Positions 22,101 to 30,283 of a stretch of DNA of 64,000 bases are shown piece after piece; position 1 is the stretch's first letter; the number at the start of each line of letters is the position of its first letter. Source of the DNA: Pseudomonas sp. (GTDB lineage: Bacteria > Pseudomonadota > Gammaproteobacteria > Pseudomonadales > Pseudomonadaceae). Where the stretch lies: positions 18,213-82,212 of the forward strand of contig NZ_DAMCCR010000003.1 in NCBI RefSeq assembly GCF_032058845.1, read 5' to 3'. A program made the position numbers and the translations under genes. The notes under the pieces were generated by a model. The model was not told the DNA's origin. It did no database searches and worked only from the letters and a program-made list of their open reading frames with translations.

Positions 22101-22763
22101 TCAGGTCGGGCACGCATGCTCGCCGTCATCGAGCCCCTGACGCACGTTACGGCTGAGCAAGCTGGCCTTGCCGTCGTGCCAGGTCAGGGTCAGCACATAC
22201 AGCGAATCGAAGTCCTCACCACTCCAGTCATCGGTGATGACCCGCTTCTCACCCAGCGCCCTGCCAGCCACCGCGTTGATCAGATCCGGCAGATAACCGT
22301 GTGACCATGCGGTGTACACCGTGGCATTGCGGTACTTGTCGCGCATCAGCTCCTTGGCCAGGTCATCGACCTCATTGGCGTCGAAATCGATGTTCACCGG
22401 CAGCCCTTGGCTGATTGCGCTGGGGCTGATGGTCATCAAGGGGCGGATATAGCTGTAGCTGCGGTCCTGGCTGCCTTCCTCGACATGCCGGGTCGGGTTG
22501 GCGGCGAACACGTAGTCGGCCTTGCCGAAGCGTTCAGGGAGCACGGTGGCCAGGTCGATGGCGCGGTTCAGGCCCTGGCAATTGAGCTGGCCAAGGCCCT
22601 CGCCGGGCTTCTCGGCATGGCGCATGAACACCAGCGTCTGGGTGCCGTCGACCGGATCGGCGCGGCTGTCGAGCACTTGCAGCGCGATGGGCACGCTGGC
22701 ACCGACCAGGGCCAGGCCCAGCAGGAGGTGGCGTCGACGACGGATAAAGGCGGGCAACGTCAT
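22101..22763 (-). CDS. Exported histidine phosphatase-like protein
   Basis: RHAEK motif, W(S)H motif, N-terminal TM/signal segment. Confidence 0.75.
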   Translation of the reverse strand: MTLPAFIRRRRHLLLGLALVGASVPIALQVLDSRADPVDGTQTLVFMRHAEKPGEGLGQLNCQGLNRAIDLATVLPERFGKADYVFAANPTRHVEEGSQDRSYSYIRPLMTISPSAISQGLPVNIDFDANEVDDLAKELMRDKYRNATVYTAWSHGYLPDLINAVAGRALGEKRVITDDWSGEDFDSLYVLTLTWHDGKASLLSRNVRQGLDDGEHACPT

Positions 22764-22946
22764 AGATCGGGCTCTTGCGGCAAAAGGGACCCCCACGGGC
22801 TGGCGCCATGCTGCGTCGCAGGGACAACGGGCGGCGCGGCGGTCAAGCCTTGGGTGGAAGGTCTGAGTGCAAAGACTGCACTTTGTTCCCCACTGCTCAC
22901 CGCGCAAGCGCAGGATAGAGCGTTCCTGTTGCCGATTTGTGGCAGC

Positions 22947-23102
22947 TCAATCGTCGCGCGTCAGCACCTGCACCACCTCGATCTCGAAGGTCAACGCCGA
23001 GTTCGGCGGGATCTTGCCAACGCTGCGCTCGCCATAACCCAATGCTGCAGGCACTGCCAGCCGGCGCTTGCCACCTTCGCGCATGCCCATCAGGCCCTGG
23101 TC
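22947..23102 (-). pseudogene. FKBP-type PPIase, 3' fragment (split by the integrative element)
   Basis: Translates DQGLMGMREGGKRRLAVPAALGYGERSVGKIPPNSALTFEIEVVQVLTRDD*, the FKBP C-terminal half. Confidence 0.92.
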
Positions 23103-23231
23103 GCACCATTTCTCTTAGTGACAACCCGATCATTTTAGGCATTTGTTTACTGTTGCTGGCAATCAGCCGCCATGTACAATGCTATGAGTCGATAGGTCAC
23201 CAGCTGGCCTACATCACACAGGGACAGGCAC

Positions 23232-23486
23232 ATGCAAGACTATAAGTTTCGACTAATTCCATTTCAGAATATGCATTTTTCTGAGGAGGAGGCAGAGGCA
23301 AGGTTTGTTGCATGCTTAGAAGATACAAGGGACGGCTTTGGAGAGGCTACTGTAACGCTTGAAGATAGTATTTTATGTATATCTGTAAAAAATAAGAACG
23401 AGCTATCAGAAGAGGATTGCTTGAAAAGGTTCAAAGAAATCTTGGTTAACGGTAGTTTGTCATTATCCGCTCAACCTCTTTTCTAA
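23232..23486 (+). CDS. Hypothetical 84-aa protein (element cargo)
   Basis: ORF with GGACAGG RBS; only + strand ORF of note in the element. Confidence 0.6.
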   Translation: MQDYKFRLIPFQNMHFSEEEAEARFVACLEDTRDGFGEATVTLEDSILCISVKNKNELSEEDCLKRFKEILVNGSLSLSAQPLF

Positions 23487-23568
23487 AGTGCTACGTCCCG
23501 CCGCCAAAGCTCAGCAACTGAAATATCATTATCTTAACTTGGCAGTGGGTACGTAACCCCTGTGGAGG

Positions 23569-24396
23569 TTAAGACTTTATTGGGTAGCTCACAATCGCTT
23601 GAGCGGATGACAAAAGCATCATCTGATCCCCTGTCAAGCCTGTGTGCGGGAACGCAGAGTACGGAAAATGCCCAGATGATAGATCTATGACCATTTGTTG
23701 ATCAGTAAGCGAAATTTTTTTAGCGCCTGATGGATAGATTCCTCTCCCTTTCTCGGTAATAGAAAATGCTAATGGATAAAAAGATAGGACGCTAATTACG
23801 CATGTGTTTCCCTTGTTCGTAAAGGCAAACATCTTAGCACTAAGGTGGTGACGGTGCGGGTAGAACCAGCAATAGATATCATGGGATTGATCGATCGCTG
23901 ATTCATCACCCATGACAAACTTTTGCAATGGCGTAAAGTAAGGTGATTCTACGGGTTCTTTTTTGCACTCTTCAACAGTCGTAGCTGATAAGATGTGGCC
24001 AATCATTGCACGGCAGAAACTGATTGCATTAAATGGCACTATCACATGGTTTAGCGGATTACTAAGATGAGTGAAGTGCTGACTTACTAATTTGGTTAAG
24101 TGCTTATAAACCCGTGCCACTTCTTCATCGTTTTGCCCTAAATAGTTGCTGTTGCATTCGCTGCAAATAGTTTTGAACTTGCTCCCATTTGTAGATTTGA
24201 TCCCCTTAACCGGAATAGGATTGACACCCATAATCTCCGTCAAATGCACTTGCTCAGTTTTTGTGATGAACACACTGCCCTTGGGTGGCACATGGTCCCA
24301 ACTCAGCTTTCCATGAGTTCCGCAGATCAAGCAGTAACCTTGCTTTAGTTTGCTGTGCTTCCATCGGTCAGTCAGGTTATTTGCATAGTCTCCCAT
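23569..24396 (-). CDS. HNH-like zinc-binding endonuclease (cargo)
   Basis: CLICG...DHVPPK...ICSECN His-Me finger pattern; GGAGAG RBS before ATG at 24396. Confidence 0.7.
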   Translation of the reverse strand: MGDYANNLTDRWKHSKLKQGYCLICGTHGKLSWDHVPPKGSVFITKTEQVHLTEIMGVNPIPVKGIKSTNGSKFKTICSECNSNYLGQNDEEVARVYKHLTKLVSQHFTHLSNPLNHVIVPFNAISFCRAMIGHILSATTVEECKKEPVESPYFTPLQKFVMGDESAIDQSHDIYCWFYPHRHHLSAKMFAFTNKGNTCVISVLSFYPLAFSITEKGRGIYPSGAKKISLTDQQMVIDLSSGHFPYSAFPHTGLTGDQMMLLSSAQAIVSYPIKS

Positions 24397-24400
24397 GATA

Positions 24401-24619
24401 TTACTCTCCGTGGCTGTGGCGTAAGCATGTAGTGAGTTGGTTGATGCCCTCGGCATTTATGTCTATAGCTTTCAGGGCGGTCAGCACATTGTCATGTGTG
24501 GTAGTTGATCCTCTCTGGCTCACCCATAAGCTCAATTCTTCGATTGCTGCTCTCATGGCATGCTGGTTGAGCAAGATGAGTTCAACTGCATCCGCTGCTG
24601 TCGCTGCTTTGTCATCCAT
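24401..24619 (-). CDS. Small helical hypothetical protein of a type seen in Pseudomonas islands
   Basis: NQ.A..AAIEELSLWVSQRGS....DNV..AL pattern (recognised from memory); tightly coupled to the HNH gene. Confidence 0.65.
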   Translation of the reverse strand: MDDKAATAADAVELILLNQHAMRAAIEELSLWVSQRGSTTTHDNVLTALKAIDINAEGINQLTTCLRHSHGE

Positions 24620-24868
24620 CTGCACGCCCCCTAGGTTCAAGCACATAGCATAGCTGAATTATAATGTAGGAGGTGCAGTCGGCTCAAAACGAGCAACACC
24701 TTGTTTTTCTCTCAAAAACCAACCCACCCAAAATCCATAGCCAGTTATCACTTCAGTTCAAATCGTTAGAGGTCGAATAATCCGGCGCTAAATCGCCTGC
24801 GCTTAACCCCTGCCAATATTACAAGAATGGGATGACCAAAGGTTTTTTCGAATCCCCCTTTTAGATAC

Positions 24869-24910
24869 AAAGAAACCCCGCCACAGCCCCAAGTAGGGCC
24901 ATAGCGAGGC
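24869..24910 (-). terminator. Intrinsic terminator after the small recombinase
   Basis: Minus-strand hairpin gcctcgctatggccct-actt-ggggctgtggcggggt followed by ttcttt. Confidence 0.6.
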
Positions 24911-24973
24911 TGTTTGAGTGTTGCCTATACCACTCCGAAGGGTAGACGCTCACGCTGCTGCATGAGGCTATTT

Positions 24974-25702
24974 TTAAGCCGCCTTATCAAAGCTCAGACC
25001 AAGGGCCAGCATCAAGCGACGTACCGCTGTTGGTGTCCACTCGCTACCTCGTGAAGTACCAACCCCTTTGCTATTCAGGCAGTCGGCTACTGCTTGCAAC
25101 GTGGTGAGCTTGTTGTACAGGCACGACTCAAGGTGAGGCTTGATCGTGCTATTGAATGCGGATGCTTTAGCCACAGCTGCCTTGGTCGCTGCACCCTCAC
25201 CCCCTGTCGCAACACCACGACCTTTCTCAAGTGCCTGTGTACGACGTTCCACCTTGGCAACAGACTCGGCATCACCACACTGAGCGCGACGATTCAAAGC
25301 AGCCAGTGCGTCTTTGGTACGTTGGGCGATGAACTCTCGTTCCTGTTCAGCAAGGGCGGCGAACAGGTGGAGTGCGAAGTTGTCGGCGTTGGGCATTGTT
25401 GCCACTTTCACATCAACACGTTTCATCAGACCAGCAATGTGTTCAACGTCACGACCTACCCTGTCCAGCTTGGCGACAACGAAGTCAGCATCATGCTCTT
25501 TACAAGCAGCGAGAGCCTTAGCACATTCGGGACGATCTGCTGGTGCGATTGTACCGCTGACAGTTTCGATAAACGCGGCTACCACGTTCCACCCATTCGA
25601 CTTGGCAGCGGTGTCGATGTATTGACGCTGTGCTTCGATACCCAAGCCAGAACGTTCGCCCTTGGTGGTTGAGATTCGAAGGTAAGCGACGACGTTTTTC
25701 AT
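24974..25702 (-). CDS. Small serine recombinase (resolvase/invertase-type with C-terminal DNA-binding domain)
   Basis: AYLRIST catalytic Ser, VVAKLDRVGR, LAEQERE, C-terminal A..LN..G..T.RG..W..TAVRR. Confidence 0.9.
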   Translation of the reverse strand: MKNVVAYLRISTTKGERSGLGIEAQRQYIDTAAKSNGWNVVAAFIETVSGTIAPADRPECAKALAACKEHDADFVVAKLDRVGRDVEHIAGLMKRVDVKVATMPNADNFALHLFAALAEQEREFIAQRTKDALAALNRRAQCGDAESVAKVERRTQALEKGRGVATGGEGAATKAAVAKASAFNSTIKPHLESCLYNKLTTLQAVADCLNSKGVGTSRGSEWTPTAVRRLMLALGLSFDKAA

Positions 25703-25752
25703 TTGAGATTGATTCCTTTCTTGACTGGCTTACCGCCTTGCTAATCCTGTCA

Positions 25753-25781
25753 ATTTTACAGGCTGGACAGACATTTATCAA
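25753..25781 (-). promoter_or_regulatory. sigma70 promoter of the small recombinase
   Basis: TTGATA-N17-TAAAAT on the minus strand; CCTGT/ACAGG inverted repeat overlaps the -10. Confidence 0.6.
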
Positions 25782-26750
25782 TCCATGAACGTGCAAGCAA
25801 GGAACGACAAGATCAAGAAATAAAGAAATTGACAGATTCAAGAAATCAACAACCACTAATCCAAGTAAAAATGCCATCGTCACTCAGCGTATGTGCCTAG
25901 CTACCAATGTAAATGGGATTTAATCTCAAATAAGCTGATTAACGTGCTTTCTGTGTGGTTATTCGTCAGGCTGTGAGGGATCACTGGTTGTGATTAACAA
26001 CAGTACCTAGCACCTGTAGGCAGGATCAGGATTTGAGCCACATACTCATCACATACCGACTAAAATGATAGATACGGCATGGCCGCTATCACCTGTTTCC
26101 CCCCTGTACATCTGTCTGTGCTTTTTCGAAGGCTAAAGCCGCGTGCTCAAGATGCACGAGTGCAATCACGCTAGGTCTTCTGCCTAAGATGGGGAGGGGT
26201 GAAGATTTGAAAGACTAAAAACGATTGGTAAAGGTGTGCTCGGGGGGATGCACTGCTCACTAGAGGTACTATCTGAGAATGGTGCCAATACTACCCATTA
26301 GAGGTATAGGCCAAGTGAGCGATAGCGAATGCTTTTTAGAGGGAAAGGTGAGAGATCACCTGCCTGCTTTTGACCTTATCTTATAGAGTTACTTCTTCGT
26401 ATGCTAAGCATACAATCTAATACTCTGTAAGCGTAGCTTACAATATACTTCTTCTCTAACATTGAAGGGTTTTTACCCTTCTCTCCCTCTATCTTTGCCC
26501 AACCTAACGCTGTGGTCTCCGCCCACAAGATAAAAGCATTATACACAGGCAGCCATTGATCTGTCAACACCAGATTGCGATATTTTATTGTCAGAATACG
26601 ACATGTGCCAAACCGTGCCAATCATTGCCGCTCATAAGTGACTAATACGTCTAGGAGCGCCTATAAAGCCCGTATAAAACCGTTTTACTCTTCCCCCTAA
26701 CTTGGGTAGCAGGTAGGGATGAAAATGGTCTTAAAACGCACCACAGAGCC

Positions 26751-27056
26751 TTATAGGCTATTGCCCATACCGTAGGGCACCATTCTTTCTCGTCTATGGC
26801 ATCTGCGTACCACAGGTTCAAGATGCTTAATGGCACCGAGGAATGATTTACTAACCCGTGTCAACTGACTAATGGACAGGTTGTCATACTTTTCACACAG
26901 GGTGACGTATTTGTCGAAGAGTACACTACACACGGGCATCACATACCACTGATGACCGCGATAGACGTGCTCAATCAGCGTTCGTTCATCGCACGTCACA
27001 TCATCAAAACCAAGGTGAATATGGTTGCTAGGCCAGTGAAGCACAATTAGATTCAT
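26751..27056 (-). CDS. Hypothetical protein (101 aa)
   Basis: ATGA overlap with the upstream ORF. Confidence 0.45.
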   Translation of the reverse strand: MNLIVLHWPSNHIHLGFDDVTCDERTLIEHVYRGHQWYVMPVCSVLFDKYVTLCEKYDNLSISQLTRVSKSFLGAIKHLEPVVRRCHRRERMVPYGMGNSL

Positions 27057-27616
27057 TGTGTATCTGCCAGTGAAAGACTAAACGCCGGTTCCTCATCTTG
27101 TGAGCGTGTGCTTGGAAAGCCTTCGGGAATAACCAAGTCTCCAAAGTACTCCTGCGCCTCTTTTTCAGCATCGGCAAGGCGTTTAGCTTTCGCTCGTTCA
27201 AGCGTCCTACGCTCTCTATCTTCAGCAGCTTCAATCAGCTGTTGCGTTAGTTTGGTCTTGTACTCATCTAGTTGGATTTGCAGGTGATCCACATACTCCT
27301 CTTTTACTTTCACCTTGAGCTCTTCCTTGTCTTTCGCTTGTAATGCTTCAGGCTTAGTCATTGGTACAGAATTGACTAGTTGAGCATGGAAGATAGGCCA
27401 GCGACGATCAATTTCGAATCCATCTGCTACGTGTTGACTCACCAACTTTAACCATTCGTGCTCAAGCGCGTGTGTCACTAACACTGTCGAAGCAGACGTG
27501 TTTTCATAAGCATGAATAGCAATGCGTAGGCGACGATTGAACTCGTCATCATTCCATGCTGGCGGAGTGCCTTGGATAGTGGTTAATGGTTTTTTACTGT
27601 TCGTACTAGTCATCAT
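27053..27616 (-). CDS. Hypothetical protein with charged coiled-coil C-terminus (187 aa)
   Basis: AAGGAG RBS, ATGA overlap, E/K/R-rich helical tail. Confidence 0.75.
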   Translation of the reverse strand: MMTSTNSKKPLTTIQGTPPAWNDDEFNRRLRIAIHAYENTSASTVLVTHALEHEWLKLVSQHVADGFEIDRRWPIFHAQLVNSVPMTKPEALQAKDKEELKVKVKEEYVDHLQIQLDEYKTKLTQQLIEAAEDRERRTLERAKAKRLADAEKEAQEYFGDLVIPEGFPSTRSQDEEPAFSLSLADTQ

Positions 27617-27846
27617 TGTTGCTCCTTTATCATTTTAATGTGTTTGCGAATCTGAGTTAGAAGTAGCTCTTTGTAACTAGCTTCAGTCATGGCAGGTGGT
27701 GTGATCTTTTCTAAGCCCACCAATTCAGCTGTAAGCATTAGATCATCAGGCTCAGCCCGTTGGTTCAGGTTATGAGTTTCACGCTGTGAGCGTCTTTCTA
27801 GGGCAGCTAGCAGTCCTCGTACTGTTGGATCAATGGTGCGTTTCAT
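27613..27846 (-). CDS. Hypothetical protein (77 aa)
   Basis: GGAG RBS; ATGA overlaps on both sides. Confidence 0.65.
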   Translation of the reverse strand: MKRTIDPTVRGLLAALERRSQRETHNLNQRAEPDDLMLTAELVGLEKITPPAMTEASYKELLLTQIRKHIKMIKEQQ

Positions 27847-28094
27847 TTGAATTGCTCCATTACCAATGACCTAACATGTTCATTTACGCCTTTTGATTTG
27901 CTCTTCATCGCTGCGATTACTAGGCTAGTGTAGGTAAGCGATGGTACCCGAATCTTCACCAATACACTGTTCGCTCGTAACTTGCGTGATTTCTTCGCAC
28001 GGCAATTATCATTGCACGTCATTGCATCACTACGGCGATGACTAATGCACTCACCACATACATTGCATGCACGTTTCTTATTTTCAATACTCAT
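27843..28094 (-). CDS. Small zinc-finger protein, possibly with a ribbon-helix-helix (83 aa)
   Basis: CxxC...CxxxC followed by a basic helix and a VKIRVP strand-helix-helix pattern; GGAG RBS. Confidence 0.65.
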   Translation of the reverse strand: MSIENKKRACNVCGECISHRRSDAMTCNDNCRAKKSRKLRANSVLVKIRVPSLTYTSLVIAAMKSKSKGVNEHVRSLVMEQFK

Positions 28095-28126
28095 GGATTC
28101 TCCATTACATAGGATTAAAGTCGAAC

Positions 28127-28272
28127 AAAAAAACCCCGTAGACGCTGACCACTGAAGTCAACACCTATGAGGGCTCTTTTGCAAAAGAAAGAAGGGTGTA
28201 CTAGCTAGAGAAAGAGAGGATAGCTAGCTGGCACACCAAAGGAAGATACAACAGAAATTGTATCTAAGATAT
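28127..28272 (-). ncRNA. Predicted structured small RNA or attenuating leader
   Basis: Promoter at 28279-28307; three hairpins, the last (28134-28173) followed by U7. Confidence 0.5.
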
Positions 28273-28278
28273 ACTCAT

Positions 28279-28307
28279 ATTTTACTATGAATGAGAATCA
28301 TTGTCAA
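28279..28307 (-). promoter_or_regulatory. Near-consensus sigma70 promoter overlapped by a Fur-like box
   Basis: TTGACA-N17-TAAAAT; ATGAATGAGAATCATTGTC (28287-28305) matches 14/19 of the Fur consensus. Confidence 0.65.
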
Positions 28308-28328
28308 TACCTGTGACGCTGTTATTTG

Positions 28329-29942
28329 CTACATTTGATGATCGGGGTAATCGAATGACGTAGGGATAGAGATCAGCTTGTAGCTTCTTCTGAGTATGTA
28401 TCTAATACCCTGCACTGGGTCTGTGGTGAACTCTCCCCAGTCAGGTGTTTCAGGCACATCAGGAGATATAATAGTTTCATCACCTAGATGAAGAACACGA
28501 TAACCTAATGTCTCATTGCTCCCAGTCTTACGCTTAATGCCCAAATACTTCCAAGGAAAAACTTCATCAGCAACTTGTATCAACTTATCCCGGTATACCG
28601 TGACCACATATCCTGCTTGCCTCAACAATGCACTCAACTGCACAGGATCAGAAATTATCATTCTATCCTCAGTGACAGATGCATTAAATACATTGGACAT
28701 ATCGGCATTTGGTGTTCGCCCCAACACCTCTAGTTCGTCTTCAACTATTTTTCTACGCTCACTGTAGCTAAGAAACTCAGCCTCGACCTCTTTATCATCT
28801 ACTTTCGCTAGCAATTTAGTAAGACGACTGATTGAAGACGAAAGCGTGTCGTATTCAGTTTTAAGCTCCAGTTTTCTCTTCTCATTGGCTGTCAACTGGA
28901 TTACTTGGAGGGCTCTATCAACCCAGTGAGTGGCAGTCAATGAATAAACATAGATTACAACTTGATACGGAATAGTCTCAGCATTAACACAACCTGCTGA
29001 CTTCAGCCTATGGTGCAAACCACATCGCATGTTATTTGGCTTACCATCCTTGTAATGGATGATATAGCTTGAGCCGCACACACCGCATTTGACTAAACCG
29101 ACAAGGAAATGTTTAGATGTTCGCTCTCTAGGCTTTGTTGCTACTGCCTTCTTTCTCTGTTGTGCTTGGGCGAACAACTCATTGGAAACTACAGGCGGAT
29201 ACACATTAGGAATTTCATTCCAATAACCGATAGTAGTTTTGTTTCTCAACCACGCTTCTACTGTAGGTCCAGAACAGGTTGCCAGTTCGGGAACGCCACT
29301 TGCTCTAAGGCGATTAGCAATGGTGGTTTTACCAACACCAGACACGTATAGGGTGAATGCCTGCTCGATGTAAATAGCAATTTCATCTTTCAACTTCCCA
29401 TCACTGGTTAGCCAGATAGGTGTATGCCGCTTTACCTCACCTGTAGCTTTGGCTTGCTCTCGCCTAATGACATAGCTGGCCTTCGTGCGCTCACTGAGTG
29501 ACTTGGAGTACCCGTATGCTGCTTGTATCTTGGCTACCAGTAGGAACAAGTGGCCGCTTGCTGCTGAATCATGGGTGTATGTCACCCCATCGTCCAATGT
29601 GATGATGGATACACCGGCAGCAAGAATCGGCGTTATCACCTTGTTCAACATGTCGAGCGGGTGAAGCCTACCTGTACGGTCTATCGCTTCTACCAACACA
29701 ACATCACCCGCTTTAATACTTTCAGCTTTTACAGCCTGTAACAGCTTGGCAAAGCCACCACCTTCATTTACATGCTCACCATGGTAGCCACTACGGCCAA
29801 GGTCTTCATAGGTGAGATTTGACTGAGTGTAATCAGGATGTTGTGTAAGCCACTGCGTCACCATCTGCTGCTGACGCTCGGCACTGCTGCCTGTGTTCTG
29901 ACGGGCACTACTGAAGCGAATGTAGGGAATTGCTGACGGCAT
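28329..29942 (-). CDS. Large serine recombinase (integrase)
   Basis: PYIRFSS catalytic motif, LVEAIDRTGR, recombinase domain, LVKCGVCG...C...C zinc ribbon, coiled coil; 537 aa. Confidence 0.93.
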   Translation of the reverse strand: MPSAIPYIRFSSARQNTGSSAERQQQMVTQWLTQHPDYTQSNLTYEDLGRSGYHGEHVNEGGGFAKLLQAVKAESIKAGDVVLVEAIDRTGRLHPLDMLNKVITPILAAGVSIITLDDGVTYTHDSAASGHLFLLVAKIQAAYGYSKSLSERTKASYVIRREQAKATGEVKRHTPIWLTSDGKLKDEIAIYIEQAFTLYVSGVGKTTIANRLRASGVPELATCSGPTVEAWLRNKTTIGYWNEIPNVYPPVVSNELFAQAQQRKKAVATKPRERTSKHFLVGLVKCGVCGSSYIIHYKDGKPNNMRCGLHHRLKSAGCVNAETIPYQVVIYVYSLTATHWVDRALQVIQLTANEKRKLELKTEYDTLSSSISRLTKLLAKVDDKEVEAEFLSYSERRKIVEDELEVLGRTPNADMSNVFNASVTEDRMIISDPVQLSALLRQAGYVVTVYRDKLIQVADEVFPWKYLGIKRKTGSNETLGYRVLHLGDETIISPDVPETPDWGEFTTDPVQGIRYILRRSYKLISIPTSFDYPDHQM

Positions 29943-30015
29943 GCTGCCTGCTTCCTGCTGCTCTCAAAAACGGCAGGATACAGCCTAGAAAACCTCAGTG
30001 TCACCTATTGCAAAG

Positions 30016-30204
30016 CTGGTCCCAGCCCTTGATCACGCGGCCTGTGCCGATCACGCACTGGAACGGCCTGCCGCGCGACCACGACGAGTCGAACTCGCTG
30101 CCGTCGGCCAGCCAACCGGTGTATTGCGTGGTGATCAGCGCGCCCTTGACCACGGCCTTGCCCTGGCCTTCGACGAGGTCGGTGATCTGTACGGTGTCGT
30201 TCAT
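30016..30204 (-). pseudogene. FKBP-type PPIase, 5' fragment
   Basis: MNDTVQITDL..G.G...YTGWLADGSEFDSS..RG.PF...G.GRVIKGWDQ, then element sequence and a stop at 30001. Confidence 0.92.
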
Positions 30205-30283
30205 CGGGATTCCTCTCGCGCACGGTTGCACACGGATTGGCCGCGGCTCGCCGTGTCAGCGAGCTGCGACCGATCGATCAGGT

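Larger units (their letters stand above)
23097..30021. mobile_element. Serine-integrase integrative element (~6.9 kb) inserted in the FKBP gene
   Basis: Sharp drop in GC; CTGGTC core at 23097-23102 and 30016-30021; large serine recombinase gene next to the right junction. Confidence 0.92.

Noticed and set aside
22897..23142. 81-aa ORF crossing the left junction as a possible rescue of the FKBP C-terminus
   Set aside because: It is in a different frame from FKBP; the FKBP frame has a TAA just inside the element, so no fused replacement start exists.
25518..26836. Short ORFs 25518-25883, 26376-26621 and 26651-26836
   Set aside because: They overlap the recombinase, the hairpin cluster or the neighbouring ORF, lack clear RBSs and have no recognisable features.
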